Positions 29,258 to 38,758 of a DNA stretch of 64,000 nucleotides are shown here, in pieces. Source of the DNA: Candidatus Oxydemutatoraceae bacterium (GTDB lineage Bacteria > Pseudomonadota > Gammaproteobacteria > Poriferisulfidales > Oxydemutatoraceae); contig CBDCOZ010000002.1 in the NCBI GenBank assembly GCA_965220085.1, positions 96,001 to 160,000 on the forward strand. Reading direction: 5' to 3'. The translations under genes were made by a program, and so were the position numbers. Each line of letters opens with the position of its first letter. Position 1 is the stretch's first letter. The notes under the pieces were generated by a model. The model saw only the letters and a list, made by a program, of their open reading frames with translations, was not told the origin of the DNA and made no database searches.

Positions 29258-29302
29258 TCGGTTTTTCCTTTGGCAGAATTCTATCACTTCTCCGTAGTGT
29301 AT

Positions 29303-29420
29303 CCCCTCTCCAGCGAGCGAAGCTCGCTGACTCTCCCGCAAGGGGAGAGTGCTACCAGTGCGAGCAACTTAAATATGCTTATTCCACCGCATTAATCAAG
29401 ACTCTCCCGCAAGGGGGAGC
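29303..29420. repeat. Two REP-like hairpins between res3 and sel1C
   Basis: ctctcccgcaaggggagag at 29331 and ctctcccgcaagggggag at 29402. Confidence 0.75.
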
Positions 29421-29479
29421 ACACAGTGCGAGGGAGGCGGTTGAGCAAGCGGGTTAGGAGAGGCAATTAAGCAAGCAGG

Positions 29480-32400
29480 CTAGGAGGCGAGGGTGGCTTC
29501 AATAATATCCTGCATATAGTTTTGCTCATCCAAAAAGTACACGCCATCGCGTTTCCATTGCTCCAGCGGACGCTGCTCTCCTATATTCCCTCGCGCAGTC
29601 ACGGACAATATGTATGCATGCAAATGAATACTGGAATCCTTCTCGCGTATTTTTTGCTCTATACCCTTGATGTTGTGGTGTAACTGCACCTTTCTTTTCT
29701 CCTTGTCGCCATACCTGCTTAACCCCTTGGGGTCCAGAAAGACGACATGTTGCTGCGTGCCCTTTTTCAGCCATATTATGAAGTCGGGGTAATAATGAAA
29801 ATCATCAAAGAATGACACACCCCGCCCGCGACTCATGTTGCGTAGCAGATACAGCTCCCAACCCTGAAGGCAGGAATTTTCTTCCCCGGCTAGTTCCACC
29901 AGAGAGTCAACAGCCTTTTTCTCATCCGGGTTCAAGGCAACCGGCTGTACGGTTATCTGGCAATCTTTAAGGGCAGACAGCAGGGGCTTGTACGCATGGA
30001 TGTCCGTCATAATGGCACCCACACCCACACCAGTGGCATAAGGGCTCACACCAGTGGCATAAGGGCTAATACTGCGTCCTGTTCTTCTCAAGTTTTCTTC
30101 CAGCCGCTTCACATCCCGTATCAGTTTCTCCTGTGCGGCACTGACCAGCAACTTGTACTCCTTGACAATGTTAGGGTGGTTTTTATCCAGCTTGACCACC
30201 TCAAGATGTTCTTTTTCCCATTTGCTTCGGCGGGTGCGCCAAAGCCTCTCGGCGTATCGGGTAATCAAGTCTATGGCCAAATCTTCCAGTTCGCGCAGTG
30301 CTGACAAATCATTAATCACATTACGACGATTCGGTGGCATGTATAGCTCATACCAGCCTGTCTGCTCTAAAAACCTGTCTATCGCCTGCCGTTCAATCGT
30401 CAGGTTGTGCCAATTGTTGCGGCGTTTGTGCTCCAGCAGTTTTTCATAGATACGCGCCTTGTCAAAAAAACCGGTTTGCCAAGGTTCCAGATTCATCTTG
30501 ACTTCATCTGCCTCCGGCACATCCCCTACCGAGCCAGAATCAACCTTCTGCAAAGACGAATACAGGTTCAGCACCACCGGTTCAGCATCTTTTGCGGGGC
30601 CGCAAAGTACCGGTCGCTCCGCAGAGCATTCAAACTTTTCGCCACCCTTGACGCGAATCAGCTTCAGGCCCTTTTGCCTGCCAAAATTCCATGCAACCGG
30701 CAACGTGAAAATTTTCAGCTCTGTATCTATGCCCGCTTCTTCCATCAGCGTTTTAAAAGTCTGCATATAGTTCGCCCGCAGACCGAAAATATTCAGCGTC
30801 TCCAGCTTGACCAGATCCGTACCGTCTGATGGCAATTCAGCGCCGCTTTTCTGGTGCCGTTTCAGGCTCATCTTCCAGCCGCGCAAGCGCACACCACGGC
30901 CGAACATCTGAATTATCTCCGGCCCCTCGCCGACACCCACATGCATCAGCCCCATGGTGCTGACGCGCCAGGAATTCCAGCCAGCGATAAATCGCCGTGC
31001 GCCGATGACGATATTGACTGTGGAATCCGGGCGGTCTACATCTGCAAACAAGCGCTTTGCGAAGCCGGCCTCGCGTTCTATTTTCAGGTCAGGGTTGCCC
31101 AACTCTGTCAGCAGTTTGTGCAATTTGGTGGAATCGCCAACATTAACCACGCCGAAGGTAGGGTTATCACCACAGCGCAAATGCATCTCGCCTTCGCCCC
31201 TGGCCAGATACGCCACATGCAGGTGCCCGCGCCCGTGAAACAATGCCATGCATATATCGTCATATATGTTAGTTGTCTTACACTGCTTCAGATAATCAAA
31301 GCGGCCAGAAAAATAATCCTTGCCAGCTTCATCGTGCAACCCGGTTTTACCCTGCAACAGGGCATCAATTACAGGTTGCACATTGTCGGCATGCGCCAGT
31401 ACCCAGCCGAGAAAATCCAGTATACGCACCACATCAGAAGTCGTCTCTTTGGCCGCATTGCTGGAGCCGATAACAGTCCTGCCAAGGAACACCCACAGCG
31501 GTCTGGTAATGTTGAAGTCCTGCCACTGTGCCCCTTTGTCCTGCCAAATACGATACTGCTGGTAAAAAATCAGCAGGCACCCCAGCAGATAAATGTTGCT
31601 GTTGTGCTCTCCCATATCTTCCTGCAGGTTGGATATGGAGTAGTCTTTGCCGTAGCCATCCTGGTGAAAGTGGCGATAGGCGTAATCAAACAGCAGGCAC
31701 TTACCGTAGAAGGCCAGCATCTCTTTGTCCTTGCCCGCCACCTGGTTGAAGGTGGCGGAATACTCAAATGTGAAGCCGCCTCGTGCCAACTCCTTGCGCC
31801 GCTTGCGCCACACCCTGCCGGATGCGCCCAGATGCCCCTCATCCACCAATACCAGATTGTCATCACCGAAAGCACTGGATGCGACGCGCTTGATGCCCTT
31901 TTTCTCAGCCAGTTTGTTCAGGTCAATGATCTCTATATGCCGGAATAGCCCGGGTCTGGCATCAGCAGAGAACAGCCGTGCCTCCAGACCACTGTGCTTC
32001 AGTTCATGCAGATGCTGCAGGGACATCTGCTCATTGGGCGTGAGCAGAATGATATTGTTAAGTGGTCTGCCCGCCCGCTCCTGATAACGTTGAAACTGCA
32101 AGATATGGGCATGCATGAGCAGTGTCTTGCCGGAACCGGTGGCACTTTGGAAAGCCAGCGTGTGCAAGTCGTCTGGCCTGTATTCCGGCGCATGGCGATA
32201 CACACTGTGTCGTATCCTGTTCAAACTGGCGCAGAGCCCCTCCAGGTCATCAAAGTAGCGCGCCAGATAATGCTCGGTAAACAGCAGGGCGAGGTACTGA
32301 TAAGGCTTCCACTGCCGCCCGTATTCTTCGCCAATGTGCAGTTCACGGCTGTGCTTTGCTATGTTGGCATCATATTCCGCCACCTGCCCACTACTCAGCT

Positions 32401-32587
32401 TTGCATGTGCGTGCAGGGGCAACAGTGCCTCACAATATTTGCTGGCATCGCCATCGGTATCTGCTACCACAGTATTTAGCTTGTGCAACATGCCATCCAT
32501 GCCATATTGCTCGCCAAACTCATCGCAGATAAAGCGATGCAGGACCAGCCTGTCTTGCAACCGTGGTGGTTGTTTCTGTTTTGGCAT
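29480..32587 (-). CDS. res: Type III Res-like helicase-nuclease (system 3)
   Basis: SATGSGKT, VDEGH, EYSAT, IAGWNSWRVS, QMFGRGVR, YYPDFIIW..FLDPKG. Confidence 0.9.
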   Translation of the reverse strand: MPKQKQPPRLQDRLVLHRFICDEFGEQYGMDGMLHKLNTVVADTDGDASKYCEALLPLHAHAKLSSGQVAEYDANIAKHSRELHIGEEYGRQWKPYQYLALLFTEHYLARYFDDLEGLCASLNRIRHSVYRHAPEYRPDDLHTLAFQSATGSGKTLLMHAHILQFQRYQERAGRPLNNIILLTPNEQMSLQHLHELKHSGLEARLFSADARPGLFRHIEIIDLNKLAEKKGIKRVASSAFGDDNLVLVDEGHLGASGRVWRKRRKELARGGFTFEYSATFNQVAGKDKEMLAFYGKCLLFDYAYRHFHQDGYGKDYSISNLQEDMGEHNSNIYLLGCLLIFYQQYRIWQDKGAQWQDFNITRPLWVFLGRTVIGSSNAAKETTSDVVRILDFLGWVLAHADNVQPVIDALLQGKTGLHDEAGKDYFSGRFDYLKQCKTTNIYDDICMALFHGRGHLHVAYLARGEGEMHLRCGDNPTFGVVNVGDSTKLHKLLTELGNPDLKIEREAGFAKRLFADVDRPDSTVNIVIGARRFIAGWNSWRVSTMGLMHVGVGEGPEIIQMFGRGVRLRGWKMSLKRHQKSGAELPSDGTDLVKLETLNIFGLRANYMQTFKTLMEEAGIDTELKIFTLPVAWNFGRQKGLKLIRVKGGEKFECSAERPVLCGPAKDAEPVVLNLYSSLQKVDSGSVGDVPEADEVKMNLEPWQTGFFDKARIYEKLLEHKRRNNWHNLTIERQAIDRFLEQTGWYELYMPPNRRNVINDLSALRELEDLAIDLITRYAERLWRTRRSKWEKEHLEVVKLDKNHPNIVKEYKLLVSAAQEKLIRDVKRLEENLRRTGRSISPYATGVSPYATGVGVGAIMTDIHAYKPLLSALKDCQITVQPVALNPDEKKAVDSLVELAGEENSCLQGWELYLLRNMSRGRGVSFFDDFHYYPDFIIWLKKGTQQHVVFLDPKGLSRYGDKEKRKVQLHHNIKGIEQKIREKDSSIHLHAYILSVTARGNIGEQRPLEQWKRDGVYFLDEQNYMQDIIEATLAS

Positions 32588-33495
32588 CAGTGACTACTGC
32601 CTTGCTGCTGTCTGTGCTTGTTGGTCAGGTAGGCGGCGAATGAAGCGCAGGCACCGTACATGAACAGGGCTTCGTCCAAGCCGACAGATATACTCTTTTC
32701 TGACATAGCGTGACGAATACCTGTCCTGCTATTGCTTGTATATCTGTACAATTTTTTAAATGCATCTTTAAGAAATTCATGCTCTAACAAGCCGTCTTTC
32801 TCAAGAATATCCAACGCTTGGCCAAGAGATGCCTCTTCCTTTCGCGTGATCTTGCGCGCTACAGATTCAACGGCATGGATACTATCTGCAATGGAATCTC
32901 TGTATTGTCGGGTGTCAATATGCTTTGCCGCACCGCGCAGGTGCGTTGACGCCCCGACCATTCCACTTTTGTGCACAGCTTCAACGGCTTTTTGCGTGGC
33001 TTCGCCCGCTTCTTTGCTGGCACGAGGCACAATCTGGTATGGCTTCTTTGACATATCTAGCCAATAAGCTGCTTCATACTTGTCAAGTAAGCTCTTCACC
33101 CAATAAGAGAAAGAATTGATTGCCGTCACTATGTCTGCCCTGCCTATCTTCTCCAACGCGCCCATGTTTACATCCTCATTCGCAACATGCTCAATAAAAT
33201 TGAGAACTTCATTGAACTCTCCTTCCAGAACAGTAGTTTTAAGTGTACGCATAACCTCATCATGGGGTATGGGTATGTGTCTATCATCTACCAATAAGAC
33301 TTCGTTTTTCAGCTTATCCAAAATACGCTTACAAAATTCCTCATGTACATAAGAGGAGTTAATAGGTGGTGCAATCATGAGGCGGAAACAATTCCATATT
33401 TCTTTGCGCAAATCATCGGAAAGGTGCTCCAAGCGCATTGGTTCGGGCAACGGCTCGTAGCCGTATCTTTGCGAGAAAGTCAGTTCCTTTGCCAT
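32587..33495 (-). CDS. AbiJ-NTD4-like abortive infection family protein
   Basis: N-terminal FSQRYGYEPLP..LS.DLR.EIWN; C-terminal SIHAVES, LY.YTS..GIRH (RH, HEPN-like). Confidence 0.7.
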   Translation of the reverse strand: MAKELTFSQRYGYEPLPEPMRLEHLSDDLRKEIWNCFRLMIAPPINSSYVHEEFCKRILDKLKNEVLLVDDRHIPIPHDEVMRTLKTTVLEGEFNEVLNFIEHVANEDVNMGALEKIGRADIVTAINSFSYWVKSLLDKYEAAYWLDMSKKPYQIVPRASKEAGEATQKAVEAVHKSGMVGASTHLRGAAKHIDTRQYRDSIADSIHAVESVARKITRKEEASLGQALDILEKDGLLEHEFLKDAFKKLYRYTSNSRTGIRHAMSEKSISVGLDEALFMYGACASFAAYLTNKHRQQQGSSH

Positions 33496-36400
33496 TAGTT
33501 ATTCCTCCCGAACATCAGTTGTCGGAAGGTGGGCTCAATGGGTCTGGCTTCCCAGGTTTTGCCTTTCGGTCGCACGGCGTTAAGGGTGTGGTCGCCATTG
33601 GCATAGACCAAGTCCAACTTGCCGAATGCCTTATGGTTGCTTTTGAGCCACTTGTCCAGTTTGGCGTTGTCCGTCTTCGTCGTGTCGCGCCATAGCACCA
33701 GACAGCGATTGCCTCCGGCATCCGTGCCGACAATGGCCAGAACCCCGTCAGTCATCATGCGCTGCTCCACCCGCAGACCGATAAGGTAGTTAAAAGTCTC
33801 CGGCAGATCGGCGGCCATATTCTCGCGCTCGCCGTCACGCACCACGGACAGCGTATAGTTCCAGGGGTCAAGGAAATCCTTGCCGAGCAGACTGGCACTG
33901 TCCGCCGTCTCTGCTCCCAAAGCGTAGCGAAGCCGATAGTCCTCAGCGAATTTCGAACCGCTGGCAAGCACATCTTGTTGTGCCTCGGTGTGCGGTGTCA
34001 GTTCCAGACCGTCCAGCGTATCCTCGTAGGATTCCAGACGCATATATTTGAAAAACTGCGTGATGCCCTCTCGCGACACCGGCTTACCGTCCTTCCAGTC
34101 TTTGGAATAAACCGCCTTCTTGAGGCGCGGCAACAGCACATCTTCAAAGTGCTCGCCCATCTCCACCAGAATATATTTGCGCCGCCCGCCGTCCTCGCGG
34201 TTGAGATTGATGACCGCATGACCGGTAGTCCCCGATCCCGCAAAGTAGTCCAGTGCAAAATCCGTTTGCCCCAGCCCCGACGCCCGAAGGCAGTCCTCCA
34301 CCAAGCCCAGCGACTTGGGGAAGTCAAACTCTTTGTTACCGAAGAGCTTTTTCAATATCGCGGCGCCTTGATTTGCGGATGCATACTCTGACTTTTCCCA
34401 CCAAGTGATAGGCAATGCGTCCTCATCCATCCGTGTCTTGAAGTCAATGCTAACGCCTCCATTGTCTGTCCGGCGCACGCGGTATTCATTTGGCTCATCT
34501 ATAACCCGCTTATGCCCCCGATGCCAATTTTTTTCAACCTCGTGTTCGCCGTTTTTTCCCAATGGCCAGACAGCAACTTCTTCTTTCTTGGTTTTTTCCA
34601 GAATGTGCCATTCGCCTTTATTGTCGTCCCATTCCATTTTGGGAACGCGCATCTTGTCATTCGGCCCGACATAAATCGGGTAAAACATTGTGGGGCGGTC
34701 TTCCCTTTTGTCGTTGCTTCCGGAGCGAATGAAATTCGCCCATGCAAATCGCCCTTTCTCGTCTTCTGAAGGATAGCGCTTCAGCGCATTTGCAGTTTTT
34801 TCCAAACTCCCTGGAACAGCTTCCTCGGACATTCCCCAGAACATCGCGTATTCATGTGCGGGAGCAAACCGTCCCTTGGTTTTTCGCCCCGCAGGGTTGG
34901 AGCGGACAACCGCAAGCCCTGCCTCTTTTCCAAAAGTGGCTGACAACAAAATTCGCAGAAACGACTGTTCCTCATCATCAATCGCAGCGCACAAGATGCC
35001 GTCAGCGGTCATAAGGTTTGGGGTCAGTTGTAAGCCACCGCCCATCATGGATAGCCAACTGGAGTGCTTGTAGTCGTTCTTGTAAAGAATGGCGGAAGCA
35101 TCCGTGTTATACGGCGGATCAATATAGATGCACTTCACTTGCTGTGCGTAGCGAGTTTGCAACAGGCTGAGTGCCTGAAAGTTCTCGCCGTGTATCAGCA
35201 CGCCGTCCATCTGCTCATCTAGCGGGCCGGTATCGCTCAGTGCAGCTAACAGCTTGTCGGTGAAGCCCCGGCCAAAATGGCGCGTATCCAGCACCAGATA
35301 GGGGTTGGCCTTGAGGAATTCCACAGTCAGCGGTTTGGTTGCCGCCACGCTACCAGCAAGGTCGCCATTAATCTCATCTATGGCAAACAGCCGCACCCAC
35401 TCTTCGCGTTGTGCCTTGTTTTTTGCGATCTGCGCGTACAGGGCTTCGGGAATGCGATCCAGCGTGACGCAGTACTGGGTATCCAACACGAACTTTTTCT
35501 TCAGCCAAAGCTGCTTCTGGAAATTTTCCAGTTGCGCGATGAAGGCGATAATCTTCTTTGCAACATGGCGCGTGGCGCGAACCCGCAGCAGGGTGCGATT
35601 CAACTGCGCTTCATCCCCCAGTGTGATGTCGTCCAAGCTCAGCACTTCGGTGTTCAGATACAGGTCTAGTTCACGCTCCAGAAAGCCACCCAAGTCTTTG
35701 TGGATGAAATAATCAAAACTGTTCCTAGCGGTGTAAGCGGTCAGATGTTTGGCCAGCACGGTGCGTTCAGGGTCGCCCTCGGTGGGCGCAGGCGCAAATA
35801 ACTGCGGGCACTGCTCTGCTAGTTTCTTTTGGATGCGCTCGTGGCTGGCTGCATTGATTTTGCCCTGTTGCCCGCCACCATTGCCATTGCCATTGCCATT
35901 GCCATTGCCATTGCCGTTGCCCGGCCATGTTTTCTTTTCGCTAGCCTTCAGGGGGCGGTGCTCAAAGCGGATGATGATGTCGTCACCATCTTCTTCCACC
36001 GCTGGCTTCTTCTCACCCCTCCCATCGGATAGCACAAAGCGCCGCTGCTTGCCATTGGTCGCCTTGATGTTGTCCTTCTCGTTATCGGCCTTGGTCGTTT
36101 CCAACCGGATGCGCTGCCTGCTCTTGCCCTCGCCCACCGTGAAAATGTACGAGGCATAGTTCTCAGTGGTCTTGATGTAGTACTGATCGGCATTCGCCCA
36201 ATGCAGTTTGACATCCTCGCCGTCGTAGGGAACGAGGTAGTTGGACTTGCCCCCGGAATAGCGGCGCAGGGACATGAAGTCCCCCTCGCTGTAATAGCGG
36301 GCAAAGAAGTTGCCCAGATGGTTATAGACATCGGCCTCCACCGCGTTATCCTTGCGCGCTTCGGCTATCTGGTGACGCAGGTTTTTGACCATGTCGGTAT

Positions 36401-36671
36401 CTTCGGGGTTGACACCGCCCAGTTTCCTGACCGTCTCCAGCGTTTCCTTCAGTTGCTGTTCCAGTTTGGCCAACTTGTCGGCGGCATTGTTGTCCAAAGT
36501 GGACGATACCTGCGGTAACAGTTCCTTGTCCAGAAACTTTTCTATCTCGGCAGCCTTGAGACTCATGATGCGGTATAACCCGAAGTCCAAATCACCACGA
36601 TCGAGCTGGAACATCTGCCGGAGCAGGTTCTTCAGAATGTCGATCTTGTCTTGTTTCGCTAAATTGCTCAT
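33495..36671 (-). CDS. mod: Large type III Mod-like adenine methyltransferase (system 3)
   Basis: DLDFGLYRIM, LHWANADQYYIKT, IYIDPPYN, FPKS, DYFAGSGTTG. Confidence 0.92.
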   Translation of the reverse strand: MSNLAKQDKIDILKNLLRQMFQLDRGDLDFGLYRIMSLKAAEIEKFLDKELLPQVSSTLDNNAADKLAKLEQQLKETLETVRKLGGVNPEDTDMVKNLRHQIAEARKDNAVEADVYNHLGNFFARYYSEGDFMSLRRYSGGKSNYLVPYDGEDVKLHWANADQYYIKTTENYASYIFTVGEGKSRQRIRLETTKADNEKDNIKATNGKQRRFVLSDGRGEKKPAVEEDGDDIIIRFEHRPLKASEKKTWPGNGNGNGNGNGNGNGGGQQGKINAASHERIQKKLAEQCPQLFAPAPTEGDPERTVLAKHLTAYTARNSFDYFIHKDLGGFLERELDLYLNTEVLSLDDITLGDEAQLNRTLLRVRATRHVAKKIIAFIAQLENFQKQLWLKKKFVLDTQYCVTLDRIPEALYAQIAKNKAQREEWVRLFAIDEINGDLAGSVAATKPLTVEFLKANPYLVLDTRHFGRGFTDKLLAALSDTGPLDEQMDGVLIHGENFQALSLLQTRYAQQVKCIYIDPPYNTDASAILYKNDYKHSSWLSMMGGGLQLTPNLMTADGILCAAIDDEEQSFLRILLSATFGKEAGLAVVRSNPAGRKTKGRFAPAHEYAMFWGMSEEAVPGSLEKTANALKRYPSEDEKGRFAWANFIRSGSNDKREDRPTMFYPIYVGPNDKMRVPKMEWDDNKGEWHILEKTKKEEVAVWPLGKNGEHEVEKNWHRGHKRVIDEPNEYRVRRTDNGGVSIDFKTRMDEDALPITWWEKSEYASANQGAAILKKLFGNKEFDFPKSLGLVEDCLRASGLGQTDFALDYFAGSGTTGHAVINLNREDGGRRKYILVEMGEHFEDVLLPRLKKAVYSKDWKDGKPVSREGITQFFKYMRLESYEDTLDGLELTPHTEAQQDVLASGSKFAEDYRLRYALGAETADSASLLGKDFLDPWNYTLSVVRDGERENMAADLPETFNYLIGLRVEQRMMTDGVLAIVGTDAGGNRCLVLWRDTTKTDNAKLDKWLKSNHKAFGKLDLVYANGDHTLNAVRPKGKTWEARPIEPTFRQLMFGRNN
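35880..35921. repeat. Hexanucleotide repeat encoding (Gly-Asn)7 inside mod3
   Basis: (attgcc)6 plus gttgcc. Confidence 0.9.
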
Positions 36672-37130
36672 GCAGATATTTCTTATAAGTTAGTGGTGGC
36701 GCCGTTCGTCAACATCGGTCACCGTTATCGTCAGCGTCAACATGCAGACACTTCTTATCAGTTAGCGGTTGATGCCGTCTTAAAAGTGTTGAAGGAAGCG
36801 CTAGGGACGGATTATAGCAAATAGGCGCGGCAAGTCTCCCAACAAAGGTTGGAAAAGGCTGGAAATTTCTTAGCAAAGTATCTCGGTGTAACTCTATGTA
36901 GCAGAGCAGGGTTATAACATCACTCTTCAGGTCTGGTCAGTGACCCTGAAAAGTGTTTCTGATTTTTCAGTTGCGATATAGTTGCATATCGCCGTGCAGA
37001 TGCTACTGAGTGGGATAGGGAGTTAATGGGTATCCGTAGCTTATGTTTTGTCATTGGCAGGCATCCTTTGACTTTCATAAGCTTTTCTTGGATTACACGG
37101 TTAAGAGAAGGTTACAAACCTACCCGAAAC

Positions 37131-38054
37131 TCATTTCCCTATCTTTATGCTTTTGGCAAGTAGTAAGAGCTTTGGAATGTGCCTTCGTTGATCGGGTGGG
37201 ACCCAATCAATTTTTTCTCCACAAAAGTACCCGTCCCTTACAGACCATTTTGATTCTCCGCCAATGCTATATCGCCCCATCCAATCTCCTCTAATAGAAT
37301 CATAAAACTCCATGCGTCCGTTAAGGGCAGTGAACACAGGTGGTTTTTCATCAAGGAGTGCCTTGTCAAATACACTTTCCATATACTGCGGATGTACAGC
37401 GTCTTTCATGTTGTTGTATAAAGAGTCTAGTGCCTTGTGTAGAACAAAAGCACCATACCCTTTTGGAGGGCTGTCATTAGAGTACGCCTGCACTGGAACA
37501 GGAATAGCAGCTACTCCGAAAAATAAATTCATGACTGGCGTACTCGATTTTTCACCTGTTCTTTCATGCTTAACTCGAGGGGCCGATAGCCAAACATGGC
37601 AAAACAATACGCCGCGCCTCTCAACACCTCCAATGATGGACATTATCGCCTTATCTGCGTAATCCGAAACATTCTCTAAACAAAATAATGCGCCCAGTGT
37701 GTTGCCTATGCGAACAATTTTCGAAAAAGCTTTTTGGAATACTCTGGTATTCACTAAGTGAACTTCATCATTGTTTTTTGTCTCGCGGTATATCAAGCGA
37801 GCCGTTTCCACGCGACGGGGGAAGGAAACGGCATAAATAATCATGCGGCGAGAAAAAAGCCCCACAGCTAATAAAGATACAATATAAACAGGATTAATCT
37901 TGTAAGCAGGTAGATCGAAAACAAACCACCGTAAAACAAACCACAGCGGAGTTAAGGCAATCACTACAATTAAAAGTACTATGGTAGCGACAGTAGCGGT
38001 TCCTAACCACCCCATTTCGTTGCCATTTTCAGAACTACTATTAAAGGTTTTCAT
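37131..38054 (-). CDS. Hypothetical membrane protein, low GC
   Basis: 307-aa ORF with two N-terminal hydrophobic helices. Confidence 0.65.
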   Translation of the reverse strand: MKTFNSSSENGNEMGWLGTATVATIVLLIVVIALTPLWFVLRWFVFDLPAYKINPVYIVSLLAVGLFSRRMIIYAVSFPRRVETARLIYRETKNNDEVHLVNTRVFQKAFSKIVRIGNTLGALFCLENVSDYADKAIMSIIGGVERRGVLFCHVWLSAPRVKHERTGEKSSTPVMNLFFGVAAIPVPVQAYSNDSPPKGYGAFVLHKALDSLYNNMKDAVHPQYMESVFDKALLDEKPPVFTALNGRMEFYDSIRGDWMGRYSIGGESKWSVRDGYFCGEKIDWVPPDQRRHIPKLLLLAKSIKIGK

Positions 38055-38082
38055 TGCCTAATTCGTATTCGGACGAGCGTAT

Positions 38083-38189
38083 AACTTTGCCATCGCTACG
38101 GTGCGATTGTCAAATAGGGGGAAAGCCGTTTTCTCGATGCCCACAGCAACAGCAATCCCGGAACAGCCATCACCGCTGTCAGGACAAAG
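38083..38189 (-). repeat. Diverged copy of the ampG 3' end (107 bp)
   Basis: Aligns without gaps to 43448-43554 and 42413-42519. Confidence 0.92.
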
Positions 38190-38220
38190 GGATGCAAAAA
38201 GACTAGGGCAAAGTTGGGAG

Positions 38221-38460
38221 CTATTTTTTGCGCAGCGTGTAGACAAGCAAAGACAGAATGCCGCTAAGTCCCACAGCGGGCCAGCCCTGATCATGATACA
38301 GGCTAAAGGCAATTAGCCCGATGGCAACTATGATGATAACAAACCCAAGCCATTGCCCTCGTTTTTGTGCAGTATAGCTTTGGCTGATGATTTCTTCCGC
38401 TAAGTTGATGCGTTTCTGTTGTTCTACTTCGGCCATATGTAAGATGCGCTCGGCCGCAAC
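38221..38460 (-). pseudogene. 3' fragment of a DUF2335-like gene (copy of 42543-42992)
   Basis: AAERILHMAE.EQQKR..AQKRGQW..DQGWPA shared; 5' part replaced. Confidence 0.75.
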
Positions 38461-38544
38461 TGAATAATGCCAGAAACATTCTGGATTCCCGGCATCAACA
38501 AAAAACATAGCCGACATGCAATACTATGGACTGAAGCTTCAAGT

Positions 38545-38600
38545 ACCCATGACACACACAACATTTGTCCCATGTGTCCAATATGTCATGGCATCATACA
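38545..38600 (-). repeat. Inverted homologue of the 21607-21662 element
   Basis: Minus strand reads tgatgccatgacatattggacacatgggacaaatgttgtgtgtgtcatgggt. Confidence 0.75.
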
Positions 38601-38758
38601 AGCTCTTTTGATTTTAGTGATTGCTTGGTACAATCCCCGTTTAATCTGGTTGGGGGTGCCCGTTTGCCATTGCAGCTAACCAGTCATCTAAAAGGAGTAG
38701 TTAAGCAATCGTTTCGTGTCCTGTCGGCTTTCCAAAGCCGTGGAACAGATACAAGACC

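Noticed and set aside
35880-35921. ON/OFF phase variation of mod3
   Set aside because: A 6-nt unit cannot shift the frame
21607-38600. 17-kb composite transposon or inversion bounded by the inverted 55-bp elements
   Set aside because: There is no transposase or convincing target duplication, and internal sel1 and ampG copies keep the same orientation as outside copies
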